From: Patescibacteria group bacterium
GTDB lineage: Bacteria; Patescibacteriota; Patescibacteriia; UBA10025; JAHIVO01
Assembly: GCA_041660605.1 (NCBI GenBank)
Contig: JBAZWB010000002.1
Coordinates: 170,408-234,407, forward strand
Length of the DNA stretch: 64,000 nt
Reading direction: 5' to 3'
Shown piece by piece: positions 55,801 to 63,975 of this stretch. Made by a program: the position numbers and the translations under genes. The notes beneath the pieces are model-generated. The model ran no database searches. It had not been told where the DNA came from and saw only the letters and a list, made by a program, of their open reading frames with translations. The number at the start of each line of letters is the position of its first letter. Position 1 is the stretch's first letter.

Positions 55801-57206
55801 CTAGGCACACCATTGCCATCCGTATCCATAACTTTACCTTTAATAGCCGATGTTTTTTCTTTCATTACTACAGTAAGCGTCTTTGTCTGATCTTCACCGA
55901 CGCGTACTGAGATTTCATCAGAATAATATTTGGCTAGATCTGGATTCATGTTATCCGGGTAAACTGTCACTTTATAATCTCCGGCCTTAACATTGGCCGA
56001 AAAAGATCCCTGGTTTATGCCACTTCCATTCCCTCCCTGATTGCCTGATTTGATGTCTACGTAACCGCCAGTAAAAGGAGTTACTCCATCCGGAAAATAT
56101 ACCGTGCCTCTTATCCTGGCGTTGGTTTGCTGTACAGTAAATGTAATATCTTCGGACTCAATTGTGCTATTATTTGCAAAATCAACCATCGTTGCCTGTG
56201 AATTATACGACCAATCGCAATCTTTCTGCTGTTGCAGCTCCTGATCCCAACCGCAATTAACTCCGACATCCCAGCTGCCGCCGGACATGGACAGAAGCGC
56301 TTCACCATTGCTGTCCGTATCAGTGCCTACATGGCTGCCGCCGTCTCTTTTGTTTGCCCAGACATTAGCTGTAGTTACCGGGTCGCCATTTTCATATACC
56401 ACAGTGGCATTAATTGTTTTTGATGCTGTTATCAAGGTTATATTCTTGGTAATGGTCGAACCATTATAGACAAAACTTACCGTATCCGGAGAAATCACGC
56501 CGGGGGTACTGCCTGGCCAGGCATCTATCATATAGGTTGTGCCTGATACAAGCGTGCCATTCTGGGTGACTTTAGGAATAACATACCAGCCGTTTTGATC
56601 AACACCAGTACCATAATTAAAATTAAAATCCTGTGTCCTGACATTGACGCCGACACCATGCTCACTAGAAGCTGGATTGCCATCAGGCATCTTTACCTGG
56701 CCTTTTACCGCAATATTCCCCAGAAAAATCGGGTTATCAGCAAATGTATTTTCACCAGGGCCTTCTGACCCAGGCAAGCGCACCTCAATGCGCATACTAT
56801 ACATGCCAGAATTGGCTGGATTAAGCACGTCGCTTAATACAATTGTGCTAATACCTGCGGAAATGGAGCTGGACAATTGGACAGTAAAGCTATCATTCCA
56901 TGGCCAAATATCACCTGCTAAGTTAATTGTCGCATTCTCAAAGTTATGACCACAAGGAGTTTCTGGCGGACAATAGCCATTAAAATCCGAACGGAAGGTG
57001 AGCTGCGATCCTATCGGAATAAGCTGGCTAAAGGCTACTTCCAGAGTATAGTCCGTCGTGGCGCTAAGTGTAGTACTGTAGCCACTATCCACTGACATTC
57101 CTAATACAAGTGGGGTGACAGCTTGCACTGGCGCGCTTAAACTAAAAAAAGACACTAGCGCTAGGCCAGCTATCATGCTAACTGACCAAAATAATTTTTT
57201 ACGCAT
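52866..57206 (-). CDS. large secreted cell-surface protein (1446 aa) with a C-terminal FG-GAP beta-propeller (six or more repeats) and N-terminal Ig/carboxypeptidase-regulatory-like beta domains
   Basis: The signal peptide is MRKKLFWSVSMIAGLALVSFFSLSAPVQA. The unit GDVNGDGENEIVVAPGAGAGPQIRIFN..G..I.QFFA repeats about 7 times in the last ~360 aa. Confidence 0.7.
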   Translation of the reverse strand: MRKKLFWSVSMIAGLALVSFFSLSAPVQAVTPLVLGMSVDSGYSTTLSATTDYTLEVAFSQLIPIGSQLTFRSDFNGYCPPETPCGHNFENATINLAGDIWPWNDSFTVQLSSSISAGISTIVLSDVLNPANSGMYSMRIEVRLPGSEGPGENTFADNPIFLGNIAVKGQVKMPDGNPASSEHGVGVNVRTQDFNFNYGTGVDQNGWYVIPKVTQNGTLVSGTTYMIDAWPGSTPGVISPDTVSFVYNGSTITKNITLITASKTINATVVYENGDPVTTANVWANKRDGGSHVGTDTDSNGEALLSMSGGSWDVGVNCGWDQELQQQKDCDWSYNSQATMVDFANNSTIESEDITFTVQQTNARIRGTVYFPDGVTPFTGGYVDIKSGNQGGNGSGINQGSFSANVKAGDYKVTVYPDNMNPDLAKYYSDEISVRVGEDQTKTLTVVMKEKTSAIKGKVMDTDGNGVPSVWLNGWVRNGQGWGNVQTEADGTFTMYVQAGDWQLQLDQGRNEGGNYISANQKSDSILVTEGQTVTGIVINVQLADARVNVKIVDNNGNAVTDTYGWAYCRKSGGGFGPGSEFGAGVDRGSASIPLLGGYDFVCGMNMPPEGNRSLLDEVELTVGKGETKDIKLTLVDNDSAIIGWVKDQNGNIVTGLAGQAEAAAVGMGGNMQYHPGIINDDGSYRISLLGGTNDAFVVQINIFGAQEGNSQFVATQPEPSEAVTVPASTEVVKIVTIYRADTYVEGVVQDPSGNPMPHVWINADNYKQMEGKMKGDFAGGKVLRSGTESRGDGTFRLNLVSGTYMLNSGLPPEFESDYMSPEGVEITVTSGTPATGIVMKYRNADAYVTASGTLEDGTVPNMGFCHAWNPEGGNSGREMMGGNARIPLTTGSWWIGCDTYNPDTNKFYRSEEQQISVVTGDDKSKSFVMKQALFNIPESFSQTFTATQQNNFTLPDGTTIMMPANAAGSDDSTYTFRATPATDLMFTDSDKPLTFAWDLEVTKQSDSNTELVEQFDSSVQICMPLPEEYLGVVGLTAEDVFPKYWNSTAGAWQVPDTAVVTDSQACLQVDHFTQFALTTGATFGASASAGGPADVIATPVSGGGPQVTVWDGDGNMLVNFFAYSSSLRMGIQAVVGDVNGDGENEIVVAPGAGAGPQIRIFNMHGQVIGQFFAFPTNIRAGLNLAVSDVDGDGTDEIIVTTMPGVGPQIRIFNGQGEVESQFFAFPTTFRGGVNLTTGDVDGDGVNEIIVVPASAGGPQVRVFDHDGTVVSQFMAYASSIRGGYHVTTGDIDADGTADVIVTPGPGLGPQVAMFNGNGTLVGRFFAYATTFRGGLNVSVGDVSGDGENEIVASPESGAGPHIRVFNTQGEVVSQFFAYSKSLRGNFTSLLADLNQDGTSDIITAPGKGMGPHVRAFNYAGEVIAQFFTHHTGFRGGINIGSMPAL

Positions 57207-57260
57207 ATTCCTCTCCTTTTTTCGCCAATAGGCGATTAATAATGTAAAAATTTTATATTA

Positions 57261-57290
57261 AAACAAAAAGACCGCAAAAATTGCGGACCT
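57261..57290 (-). terminator. rho-independent terminator downstream of gdh
   Basis: On the minus strand, CCGCAA-uuu-UUGCGG (6-8 bp stem) is followed by UCUUUUUGUUUU. Confidence 0.5.
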
Positions 57291-57418
57291 TTCAGTTTGA
57301 TTCCACGTATTCTCTGGTTATTCTTTGTTGAAAAAATATCATAAGCTACTGACAAGCAAAATAGCTCTAATACCTAAAAAGTATACCCTATTTTATAATT
57401 TTTGTCAAATTTAACGCC

Positions 57419-58684
57419 TTACCTTGGCTTTTTCTCTGCTTCAATGATCCGGCCGATGCCAAGCATGAAAGCCGCCGTTCTCAAATCAACATTTTTTGTT
57501 TCTGAAATCAACCAAATATTATTGAACTCCTTTATTATGATTTTCTCTAATTTGTCCAAAATATCTTTCTCTGGCCAATGCTCATTCTTTAAGTTTTGCA
57601 GCCATTCAAAATAACTGACGACCACGCCGCCGGAATTTGCCAAAACATCAGGTACTATTTTTATTCCCCTCTGGCGCAGGATCTGGTCGGCTTCTGGTGT
57701 TGTCGGACCGTTGGCTAGCTCCACTACGGCTTTGGCCTTAATTTTTTCGGCGTTGGCCGCTGTCAGCTGATTTTCCAAAGCGGCCGGAATCAAAATTTCG
57801 CAATCCAATTCTAGAAGCTCCTCATTGGTTATTTTTTTATGATCAATCACATCGCAAACCGAACCTTCGCAATAAGCTCCGACCAAAACGCCTTTTTCCT
57901 TTTTTACGCGCATGACGTGTTCCGGCGTGAATCCGTCTTCAACCAGTATCCCGCCTTTTGAATCAGACACGGCGATAATTTTATAACCATGCTCATGAAG
58001 GATCTGCGCCGCATGATAGCCGACATTGCCGAATCCCTGGACTGCTACTCTGGTTTTTTCAGGCTTGAGCCCTAATTTTTTTGTTAACTCTCTGACAGCA
58101 TAAAATCCACCCATGGAAGTGGAAAATTCCCTGGCTTCAGATCCGCCTTTATCCAGCGGCTTGCCGGTAAATGCCGCCGGGGTATACTGGCCGGCTAGTT
58201 TTGAATATTCATCCACCATCCAGGTCATTATCTGGGGATTGGTATAAACGTCGGGCGCAGGTATGTCTTTTTGCGGGCCGATATCTTCATAAAACCCCCG
58301 CACCCAGGCTCTGGACAATCTTTCAATCTCTCCGGCGGACAGCTCCTTGGGGTTTACCGTTATGCCTCCCTTTCCGCCGCCCATGGGAATATTGGCAACG
58401 GCGCATTTGACGGCCATCAGCAAAGCCAGGGTTTTTACTTCATCAAGGTTCGCTTGCGGATGATAGCGTATGCCCCCTTTATAAGGGCCGCGCGCGTTAT
58501 TAAATTGAACGCGATAGCCATGAAAGGATTTATCCTGGCCATTATCCAGCTTGATATTTAACTGGCGCTCAATTACTTTGTCGGGTGTACTGAGCTTTTT
58601 GAACCAATTTTTATCCAAACCCAGCTGCTCTGTTGTTTTTTTAAGCCCCTTCAATACATTTTCAAACGGATTTATAGTTTTCAT
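57419..58684 (-). CDS. gdh: Glu/Leu/Phe/Val dehydrogenase family protein (NAD(P)-dependent glutamate dehydrogenase)
   Basis: The catalytic Lys-containing glycine-rich motif is NIPMGGGKGG. The dimerisation domain and the Rossmann domain (GFGNVG) are present. Confidence 0.85.
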   Translation of the reverse strand: MKTINPFENVLKGLKKTTEQLGLDKNWFKKLSTPDKVIERQLNIKLDNGQDKSFHGYRVQFNNARGPYKGGIRYHPQANLDEVKTLALLMAVKCAVANIPMGGGKGGITVNPKELSAGEIERLSRAWVRGFYEDIGPQKDIPAPDVYTNPQIMTWMVDEYSKLAGQYTPAAFTGKPLDKGGSEAREFSTSMGGFYAVRELTKKLGLKPEKTRVAVQGFGNVGYHAAQILHEHGYKIIAVSDSKGGILVEDGFTPEHVMRVKKEKGVLVGAYCEGSVCDVIDHKKITNEELLELDCEILIPAALENQLTAANAEKIKAKAVVELANGPTTPEADQILRQRGIKIVPDVLANSGGVVVSYFEWLQNLKNEHWPEKDILDKLEKIIIKEFNNIWLISETKNVDLRTAAFMLGIGRIIEAEKKPR

Positions 58685-58700
58685 ATGCTAAATGATATCA

Positions 58701-59900
58701 CTAAATTGTTAATTTCTTATTAAACTCCTCTAAAGCCTTTTTTAATATCTGCATTGCCATTTCTAATTTCTTTGATTCCAGCACATAGGCAATTCTCACC
58801 TCTTTTTTCCCCATTCCCTCCGTCACATAGAAACCGTTCCCGGGCGCCAGCATCACCGTGCTGTTTTCATATTGAAATTTTTCCAGCAGCCAGCGGCAGA
58901 ATTCTTCCGCGTCATTGACAGGCAGCTCGACGGTCAAATAGAACGCGCCTTCCGGATGGCCATATTTTACCCCCTTGATCTGGCTGAGTGCTTGAGCGAC
59001 TGTCTGCATGCGCCGTTGGTATTCAGTTTTTAATTTATCCGTGAATTTTTTTGAATCCGCCAATAAAGGCGCCACTCCCAGCTGTTCAATGGTAGGAGCG
59101 GACAACCGTCCCTGCGCAAATTTAGTTACCGACGAAATAATCTCCTGATTCTGGCTGGCCAGGCAGCCGATGCGCGCGCCGCATAAATTAAATCTTTTTG
59201 AAACGCTATCAACCACGATGGTCCTGGATTTCGCCTGGGGAAAATCCATGATACTGATGAATTTATTTTTCCCGAAAATCACCTCTCGGTAAGTTTCATC
59301 AGCAATAATGTATAAATCATTCTTTTCCGCGAGGTCAATCACGTCTTGCAGCTCCTCTCTGGTATATACGGCTCCGGTAGGATTGGATGGGTTGTTTACC
59401 AGAATAGCCCTGGTTTTTTTATTCACAAATTCCTGAATCTTCGCGGCCGGGGGCAGGTGGTAACTGTTTTTTATATTCAAGGTTACCGGGCGCAGCCTGA
59501 CATCCACCATGGAAGCGAACGAAAGATAATTCGGATATAAAGGCTCAAAAACGATAATTTCTTCCTCATAATCCGCCACTGCCACAAAGGCAAAAAGCAG
59601 CGCTTCACTGGCACCCATGGTCACAATAATCTGGTTCTCCTGAAAACTAATGCCAAAATCATGGAAATATTTTTGCCAGGCTTTTATGGTCTCTGTGTAT
59701 CCCGTGGAAGGAGCGTAAGACAGGGTTTTCTTAGAAAAATTCCCTATCTCGTCATAAAATTCCTGCGGCGTCGGCAAGTCCGACTGGCCGATATTCAAAT
59801 GATAAACCTCAAGTCCTCTTTTCTCGGCTGCCTCGGCAAGACAATACAATTTCCGTATTGGAGAGGAGGGCGTCCTAAATGCTCTGCGGGAAACATGCAT
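58701..59900 (-). CDS. class I/II PLP-dependent aminotransferase (aspartate/aromatic aminotransferase-like)
   Basis: The PLP-Lys motif is SKRFNLCGARIGCL. The conserved segments NPSNPTG and YIIADETY are present. Confidence 0.8.
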   Translation of the reverse strand: MHVSRRAFRTPSSPIRKLYCLAEAAEKRGLEVYHLNIGQSDLPTPQEFYDEIGNFSKKTLSYAPSTGYTETIKAWQKYFHDFGISFQENQIIVTMGASEALLFAFVAVADYEEEIIVFEPLYPNYLSFASMVDVRLRPVTLNIKNSYHLPPAAKIQEFVNKKTRAILVNNPSNPTGAVYTREELQDVIDLAEKNDLYIIADETYREVIFGKNKFISIMDFPQAKSRTIVVDSVSKRFNLCGARIGCLASQNQEIISSVTKFAQGRLSAPTIEQLGVAPLLADSKKFTDKLKTEYQRRMQTVAQALSQIKGVKYGHPEGAFYLTVELPVNDAEEFCRWLLEKFQYENSTVMLAPGNGFYVTEGMGKKEVRIAYVLESKKLEMAMQILKKALEEFNKKLTI

Positions 59901-59901
59901 A

Positions 59902-60855
59902 TTATTTATTTTTTATACCCCAGTCAATGCCCACCCCTCCGGCCTTATTGGCATTTAAATATTTATACGCCTGCAAGGCTGCCTTCGCCCCTTCACCAGC
60001 GGAGATTATTATTTGCTTATAAATAATATCAGTCACGTCGCCAGCGGCAAAAATTCCAGGCACCGATGTTTCATTGTTTTTGCTTATGATAATCTGATTC
60101 TTGTCATCAAGCTCCACCAGGCCCTTTACCAGGTCGGCTCTAACCTGAAATCCTATTTCCACAAAAATACCGTTCAGTTTTATCTCCCTTTCTTTTGCCT
60201 CATCTTTCACGTCAACCGCTGTCAGACTTTCGACAACGGTATTACCGCTTATTTTTTTTACTTTAGAATTATAAACCGCTTCAATATTTTCAGCGCTTTT
60301 TAGCCGTTCAACTAATATCTCTTCGCCGCGAAATTCATCGCGCCGGTGAATAAGATAAACCTTTTTAGCAATCTTAGAAAGAAGCAAGGCAGCGTCCAAA
60401 GCGGCGCTGCCGCCTCCGACTACCGCCACGTCTTTGTTTCTGAAAAGCGGCGCATCGCAGGTAGCGCAGTAGGAAACGCCTTTGCCGATATGCTCCTCTT
60501 CCCCGTCAACGCCGAGATGGCGATGGGTCAGGCCGAAGCATAATATTATTGTTTTGCTGTCATACTCTTTATTGCTGGAAACAACATGGAAATACTGGCC
60601 ATCTTTCTGTATAGCTTTAACTTCCTCAAAGGCAAATTCCGCCCCAAAGCTTTGCGCCTGCTTCTGAAACTTTTGCATCAGCTCCAGCCCGTCAACTTTC
60701 TCAAAACCGGGAAAGTTTTCCACATCAGGAGTAGTGGAGGCCTGACCGCCGATGTCCTGGGTAATCAGCAATGTTTTCATTTCCCGCCTGGTTGTATATA
60801 TCGCTGCAGTCATGCCGGCAGCGCCAGCACCAACAATGATTACATCATATAACAT
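59902..60855 (-). CDS. trxB: thioredoxin-disulfide reductase
   Basis: The FAD-binding motif is DVIIVGAGAAG. The redox-active CATC occurs in YCATCDAPLF. The NADPH site is VAVVGGGSAA. Confidence 0.85.
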   Translation of the reverse strand: MLYDVIIVGAGAAGMTAAIYTTRREMKTLLITQDIGGQASTTPDVENFPGFEKVDGLELMQKFQKQAQSFGAEFAFEEVKAIQKDGQYFHVVSSNKEYDSKTIILCFGLTHRHLGVDGEEEHIGKGVSYCATCDAPLFRNKDVAVVGGGSAALDAALLLSKIAKKVYLIHRRDEFRGEEILVERLKSAENIEAVYNSKVKKISGNTVVESLTAVDVKDEAKEREIKLNGIFVEIGFQVRADLVKGLVELDDKNQIIISKNNETSVPGIFAAGDVTDIIYKQIIISAGEGAKAALQAYKYLNANKAGGVGIDWGIKNK

Positions 60856-60875
60856 AATCGTTTTGTATTTTTAAA

Positions 60876-61202
60876 TTATTTAGGCAGGATCTTGCTTACC
60901 TCTTCGGTGAGCTTGCCTTTTTGATGCAGGCCGATGCCCTGCCAGGCGATTTTACCGTTTTTGAAAATTGCCAAAGTCGGTATGCTCATCACTCCGAACT
61001 TCTGGGCCATTTGCGGATTCTGATCCACTTCCAGCTTGCCAACTTTTGCTTTTCCTTCCAGCTCTTTGGCCAGCTCCTCCACGATCGGCCCTTGCATCTT
61101 GCAGGGCCCGCACCAGGTTGCCCAAAAATCAACCAGGACAGGCTTGTCCGATTTCAGCACCTCGGATTCAAAATTTTGATCGGTAAAAATTACCTCTGAC
61201 AT
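60876..61202 (-). CDS. trxA: thioredoxin
   Basis: The active site is WATWCGPCKM. The length is 108 aa. Confidence 0.9.
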   Translation of the reverse strand: MSEVIFTDQNFESEVLKSDKPVLVDFWATWCGPCKMQGPIVEELAKELEGKAKVGKLEVDQNPQMAQKFGVMSIPTLAIFKNGKIAWQGIGLHQKGKLTEEVSKILPK

Positions 61203-61252
61203 AAATTTTGTTATTAGTTATTATTAATTAGCAAATAGTTAATAGCAAATCG

Positions 61253-61564
61253 CTAGACAGCCTTGAATAGGGCAGCGACAATGCGGTTTAGATCACTTAG
61301 GGTCTGACCGCCTTTTTTGCTGGACAAACAGCCTCTAGCTTCGCTTTCTAAAACCAGTAGGGCAACCTGATCCAGAGCTTTGCGAACTGCCACGATCTGC
61401 TGTAAAACCGACAGGCAATCTTTCCTGGTATCAATCATTTTCTCAATGCCATTTATCTGGCCGCTAATCCGGTGCAATCGCGTCTGTATAGCGCTAAAAT
61501 CGCAGCTCGCCCCCCTACTGGACGGATTTTTTTTCAATAAAGTTCGCTTATTATTCATTGCCAT
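61253..61564 (-). CDS. CsoR/RcnR-family metal-sensing transcriptional repressor
   Basis: The core RLHRISGQINGIEKMIDTRKDCLSVLQQIVAVRKALDQVALLVLE matches the family helix pattern with the conserved Cys. Confidence 0.6.
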   Translation of the reverse strand: MAMNNKRTLLKKNPSSRGASCDFSAIQTRLHRISGQINGIEKMIDTRKDCLSVLQQIVAVRKALDQVALLVLESEARGCLSSKKGGQTLSDLNRIVAALFKAV

Positions 61565-61724
61565 TTTACGCTCGTTAGTATACTCCCCCCCAGTACCCCA
61601 CTACTTTATATGATCCATATTACTTTGTCAAGGGTCATTTAAAAAGAGAATTATTTTAAAAACCGCCGTGGTTTGGAAGACCTCGGCGGCTGGAGATGAC
61701 AAGCTGAATAAAGAATGAACTATG

Positions 61725-62093
61725 TTAGTGCCACATATCATCGAGCTTCAGCTGAAGCTCCGGGTGCTTGGTAGCCACAAACCACTCAAGCACCGGCGCG
61801 ATCTCAGCACGAGATGGCCATCCATAAGTTCCGCTGCTTCCTCGTGCGAATAAACTTATTCCGCTGGCGAATAAAAGTTCGCCGCCCCCACAAACCCGAA
61901 ACGGTTCATCCACCAGCTTTGCCTGCAACGCCTCGGCCACTAATTCTTTATGCGACTTACGGCCGGCGTACACCACTTTCATGGATGCAGAGACAAGAAA
62001 CACGAAACCTAAATCAAAATATACATTTCGGCTCTGCTTCAGGCTCTGCTCCGCCTCCTCTGGTATGTATACCAGAAAATTGGCTTTTGACAT
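61725..62093 (-). CDS. hypothetical protein (122 aa)
   Basis: ORF only. Confidence 0.35.
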   Translation of the reverse strand: MSKANFLVYIPEEAEQSLKQSRNVYFDLGFVFLVSASMKVVYAGRKSHKELVAEALQAKLVDEPFRVCGGGELLFASGISLFARGSSGTYGWPSRAEIAPVLEWFVATKHPELQLKLDDMWH

Positions 62094-62116
62094 TAGGTTA
62101 CTCCTGCCTAGGCATG

Positions 62117-62632
62117 CTATTTCTCAAGCGTGCCAACAATAACGATTGTCTTTCCCGGTTCCCGTTCATACGCACCAGTTATTAAGATTCGTGATGGAGC
62201 GGACTTACAGGCATATAGCTGCTCAATTCCGTGAAGGTGCGACGGACGAGGTGGCTGGGCGATTTTAAAGTTCTCCCAGCGATATACCGTCTGCGGGGAG
62301 ATGCCTAGTTGTTTAGCAAATTCAATCGGTGAAAGTTTCAACCCCAGTCTTAGTTTGGTCATCAACTTGCATCGCAGCAAATTATCGGCACTGTCGCTTC
62401 CAGTCAGATCAATAATTTTTTTTATTTGCGTTCTGGCTTGATCAAAGTCAACTGCTGAACCACTGTTATCAGAATTTTTCAGCAATGACGAACCTTCAGC
62501 TAATACCTGGCAATTCTTTAAATTGATTTCTCCGGAAACTAGGAATACATACCCCTGAATTTTATTAATGTCCACTTTTACTCCTTTGAGTTTTACAAGT
62601 AATTTATTTATTAATGTGTTATTATATAGCAA
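62117..62632 (-). CDS. helix-turn-helix DNA-binding protein (171 aa)
   Basis: The C-terminal segment LSPIEFAKQLGISPQTVYRWEN is a canonical HTH. Confidence 0.5.
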   Translation of the reverse strand: MLYNNTLINKLLVKLKGVKVDINKIQGYVFLVSGEINLKNCQVLAEGSSLLKNSDNSGSAVDFDQARTQIKKIIDLTGSDSADNLLRCKLMTKLRLGLKLSPIEFAKQLGISPQTVYRWENFKIAQPPRPSHLHGIEQLYACKSAPSRILITGAYEREPGKTIVIVGTLEK

Positions 62633-62642
62633 TTATTATTAT

Positions 62643-62734
62643 TGTCAATTATCCTGACATATATTTATCATAATGTACCCAATTATATTGAATATGTATT
62701 AAATCTATAATTATTGTTGTCAGAATTATTGACA
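62643..62734. promoter_or_regulatory. two 17-bp palindromic operator candidates TGTCA-N7-TGACA (62643-62659 and 62718-62734) in the divergent regulator intergenic region
   Basis: Both sites are read directly from the sequence. Each is followed by TGACATAT. They lie between two divergently transcribed putative regulators. Confidence 0.4.
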
Positions 62735-62771
62735 TATTTGTTCACATCTGATATCATCAAATCATAAAAAT

Positions 62772-63512
62772 ATGATGGAAAAATATTTAGAGGCAATCGG
62801 ATTATCCGACAAAGAATCGAAAGTATATCTCGCAGTTCTTGAGCTTGGCGAAAGTTCAGTGGTCACAATTGCCCGGAAATCATTATTAAAACGACCGACG
62901 GTGTACATTGTGCTTGATTCTCTGTTGCGACGTGGGTTAGTCAGAAGAGTGCCAAAAAATTCCAAATCTTTTTTTATTGCGGAAAATCCCGAAGCATTAA
63001 ATGAAATGCTGGCGACACAACAAAAAAGCATTGAACGCGTACTGCCCCTAATCCGAGCATTTTATAATTCACGGACAAAAAAGCCATCTATAAAATATTA
63101 TGAGGGCAGCGATGGTGTTAAAAAAATATACGCACAAATCTGCCAGGCTAAAAAGTCAGTATATTTTTATGGATCAATTAAGGATATTTTATCTAATTAC
63201 GAAGAGGTTATGCTAACTCCAGAAAAGGCAGTACAAATGAAAATATCAATCAAAGAAATTATGTCAACTAATCCAGTAGATAAAAGTTATGCTGCGCGAA
63301 TTAACAAAACAAAAAATAATAAACATGAGGTTCGATTGGTGGACGAAAATGATTTATTCGCCATAGATATGGCGATCATTGATGATCGCTCACTTGCCCT
63401 AATTTATCCTAAAGCTGATGAGTTTGGTTTATTAATTGAAAGTATAGAAATTACTAAATCACTTCGAACGCTTTTTGAGATGGCTTGGCAAGCTGCCACG
63501 CCGGTTGCTTAG
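62772..63512 (+). CDS. TrmB-family transcriptional regulator
   Basis: The N-terminal wHTH is LEAIGLSDKESKVYLAVLELGESSVVTIARKSLLKRPTVYIVLDSLLRRGLV. The C-terminal effector domain is of typical TrmB length. Confidence 0.7.
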   Translation: MMEKYLEAIGLSDKESKVYLAVLELGESSVVTIARKSLLKRPTVYIVLDSLLRRGLVRRVPKNSKSFFIAENPEALNEMLATQQKSIERVLPLIRAFYNSRTKKPSIKYYEGSDGVKKIYAQICQAKKSVYFYGSIKDILSNYEEVMLTPEKAVQMKISIKEIMSTNPVDKSYAARINKTKNNKHEVRLVDENDLFAIDMAIIDDRSLALIYPKADEFGLLIESIEITKSLRTLFEMAWQAATPVA

Positions 63513-63526
63513 AATAATTATTTATC

Positions 63527-63560
63527 AAAAAACAGTTCATCTTTTATTGAACTGTTTTTT
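63527..63560 (+). terminator. rho-independent terminator after the TrmB-family gene
   Basis: AAAAAACAGUUCA-ucuuuuau-UGAACUGUUUUUU gives a perfect 9-bp stem with flanking A and U tracts, so it is potentially bidirectional. Confidence 0.55.
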
Positions 63561-63635
63561 GGTGGACCTCAGGGGGATCGAACCCCTTACCTCTTCCATG
63601 CCATGGAAGCGCTCTACCAATTGAGCTAGAGGCCC
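63560..63635 (-). tRNA. tRNA-Ala (anticodon GGC), CCA encoded
   Basis: The reverse complement folds as a canonical cloverleaf: GGGCCUC / GCUC-AAUUGGU-AGAGC / CUUCC-AUGGCAU-GGAAG / AGGUA / AGGGG-UUCGAUC-CCCCU / GAGGUCC-A-CCA. It has the G3:U70 Ala identity pair. Confidence 0.85.
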
Positions 63636-63787
63636 TTATACTTTTTTACTAACCTATGAATTTTATCTTATTAGCCTGTCTAGTCAAGTACGTTGTTGGA
63701 ATTTCTTAAAAGTATTGCGCTTCTTGTATTTCAATGTTCCACGTGGAACGTTTTTAGCGAATCATGATTTTTCAGTGTAAGTTTCTG

Positions 63788-63868
63788 GTGGACCGTGCCG
63801 GAATCGAACCGGCGACCTCTGCAATGCGAATGCAGCGCCCCGCCTGCCATCGCCAATTGACCTAGGGA
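63788..63868 (-). other. tRNA-like element or probable tRNA-Ala(CGC)-derived pseudogene. The anticodon arm, T arm, U70 acceptor strand and CCA are intact, but the 5' half is aberrant
   Basis: The reverse complement reads ...CUGCA-UUCGCAU-UGCAG AGGUC GCCGG-UUCGAUU-CCGGC ACGGUCC-A-CCA. No canonical 5' acceptor or D arm can be paired with it. The only 5' strand with a G3:U70 pair is GGGGCGC, directly abutting the anticodon stem, which would give a D-arm-less minihelix. Confidence 0.35.
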
Positions 63869-63902
63869 GAATCTAATTTCCGTCTGAGTCCCGCTTTAAT
63901 TA

Positions 63903-63975
63903 TGGACCAAAGGGGAGTCGAACCCCTGACCTCCGCAATGCGAATGCGGCGCTCTACCAACTGAGCTATTGGCCC
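63903..63975 (-). tRNA. tRNA-Ala (anticodon CGC), CCA not encoded
   Basis: GGGCCAA / GCUC-AGUUGGU-AGAGC / CCGCA-UUCGCAU-UGCGG / AGGUC / AGGGG-UUCGACU-CCCCU / UUGGUCC-A. The G3:U70 pair is present. The gene is flanked by a 14-nt perfect inverted repeat (CCCGCTTTAATTAT / ATAATTAAAGCGGG). Confidence 0.85.

Noticed and set aside
63788-63975. tmRNA (ssrA) overlapping the tRNA-like element because of the U70 acceptor strand, T arm and CCA
   Set aside because: A tmRNA would need ~350 nt, including a tag-peptide ORF and a 5' GGGG acceptor strand. Here the region is occupied by an intact tRNA-Ala 35 nt away, and no tag reading frame is visible.
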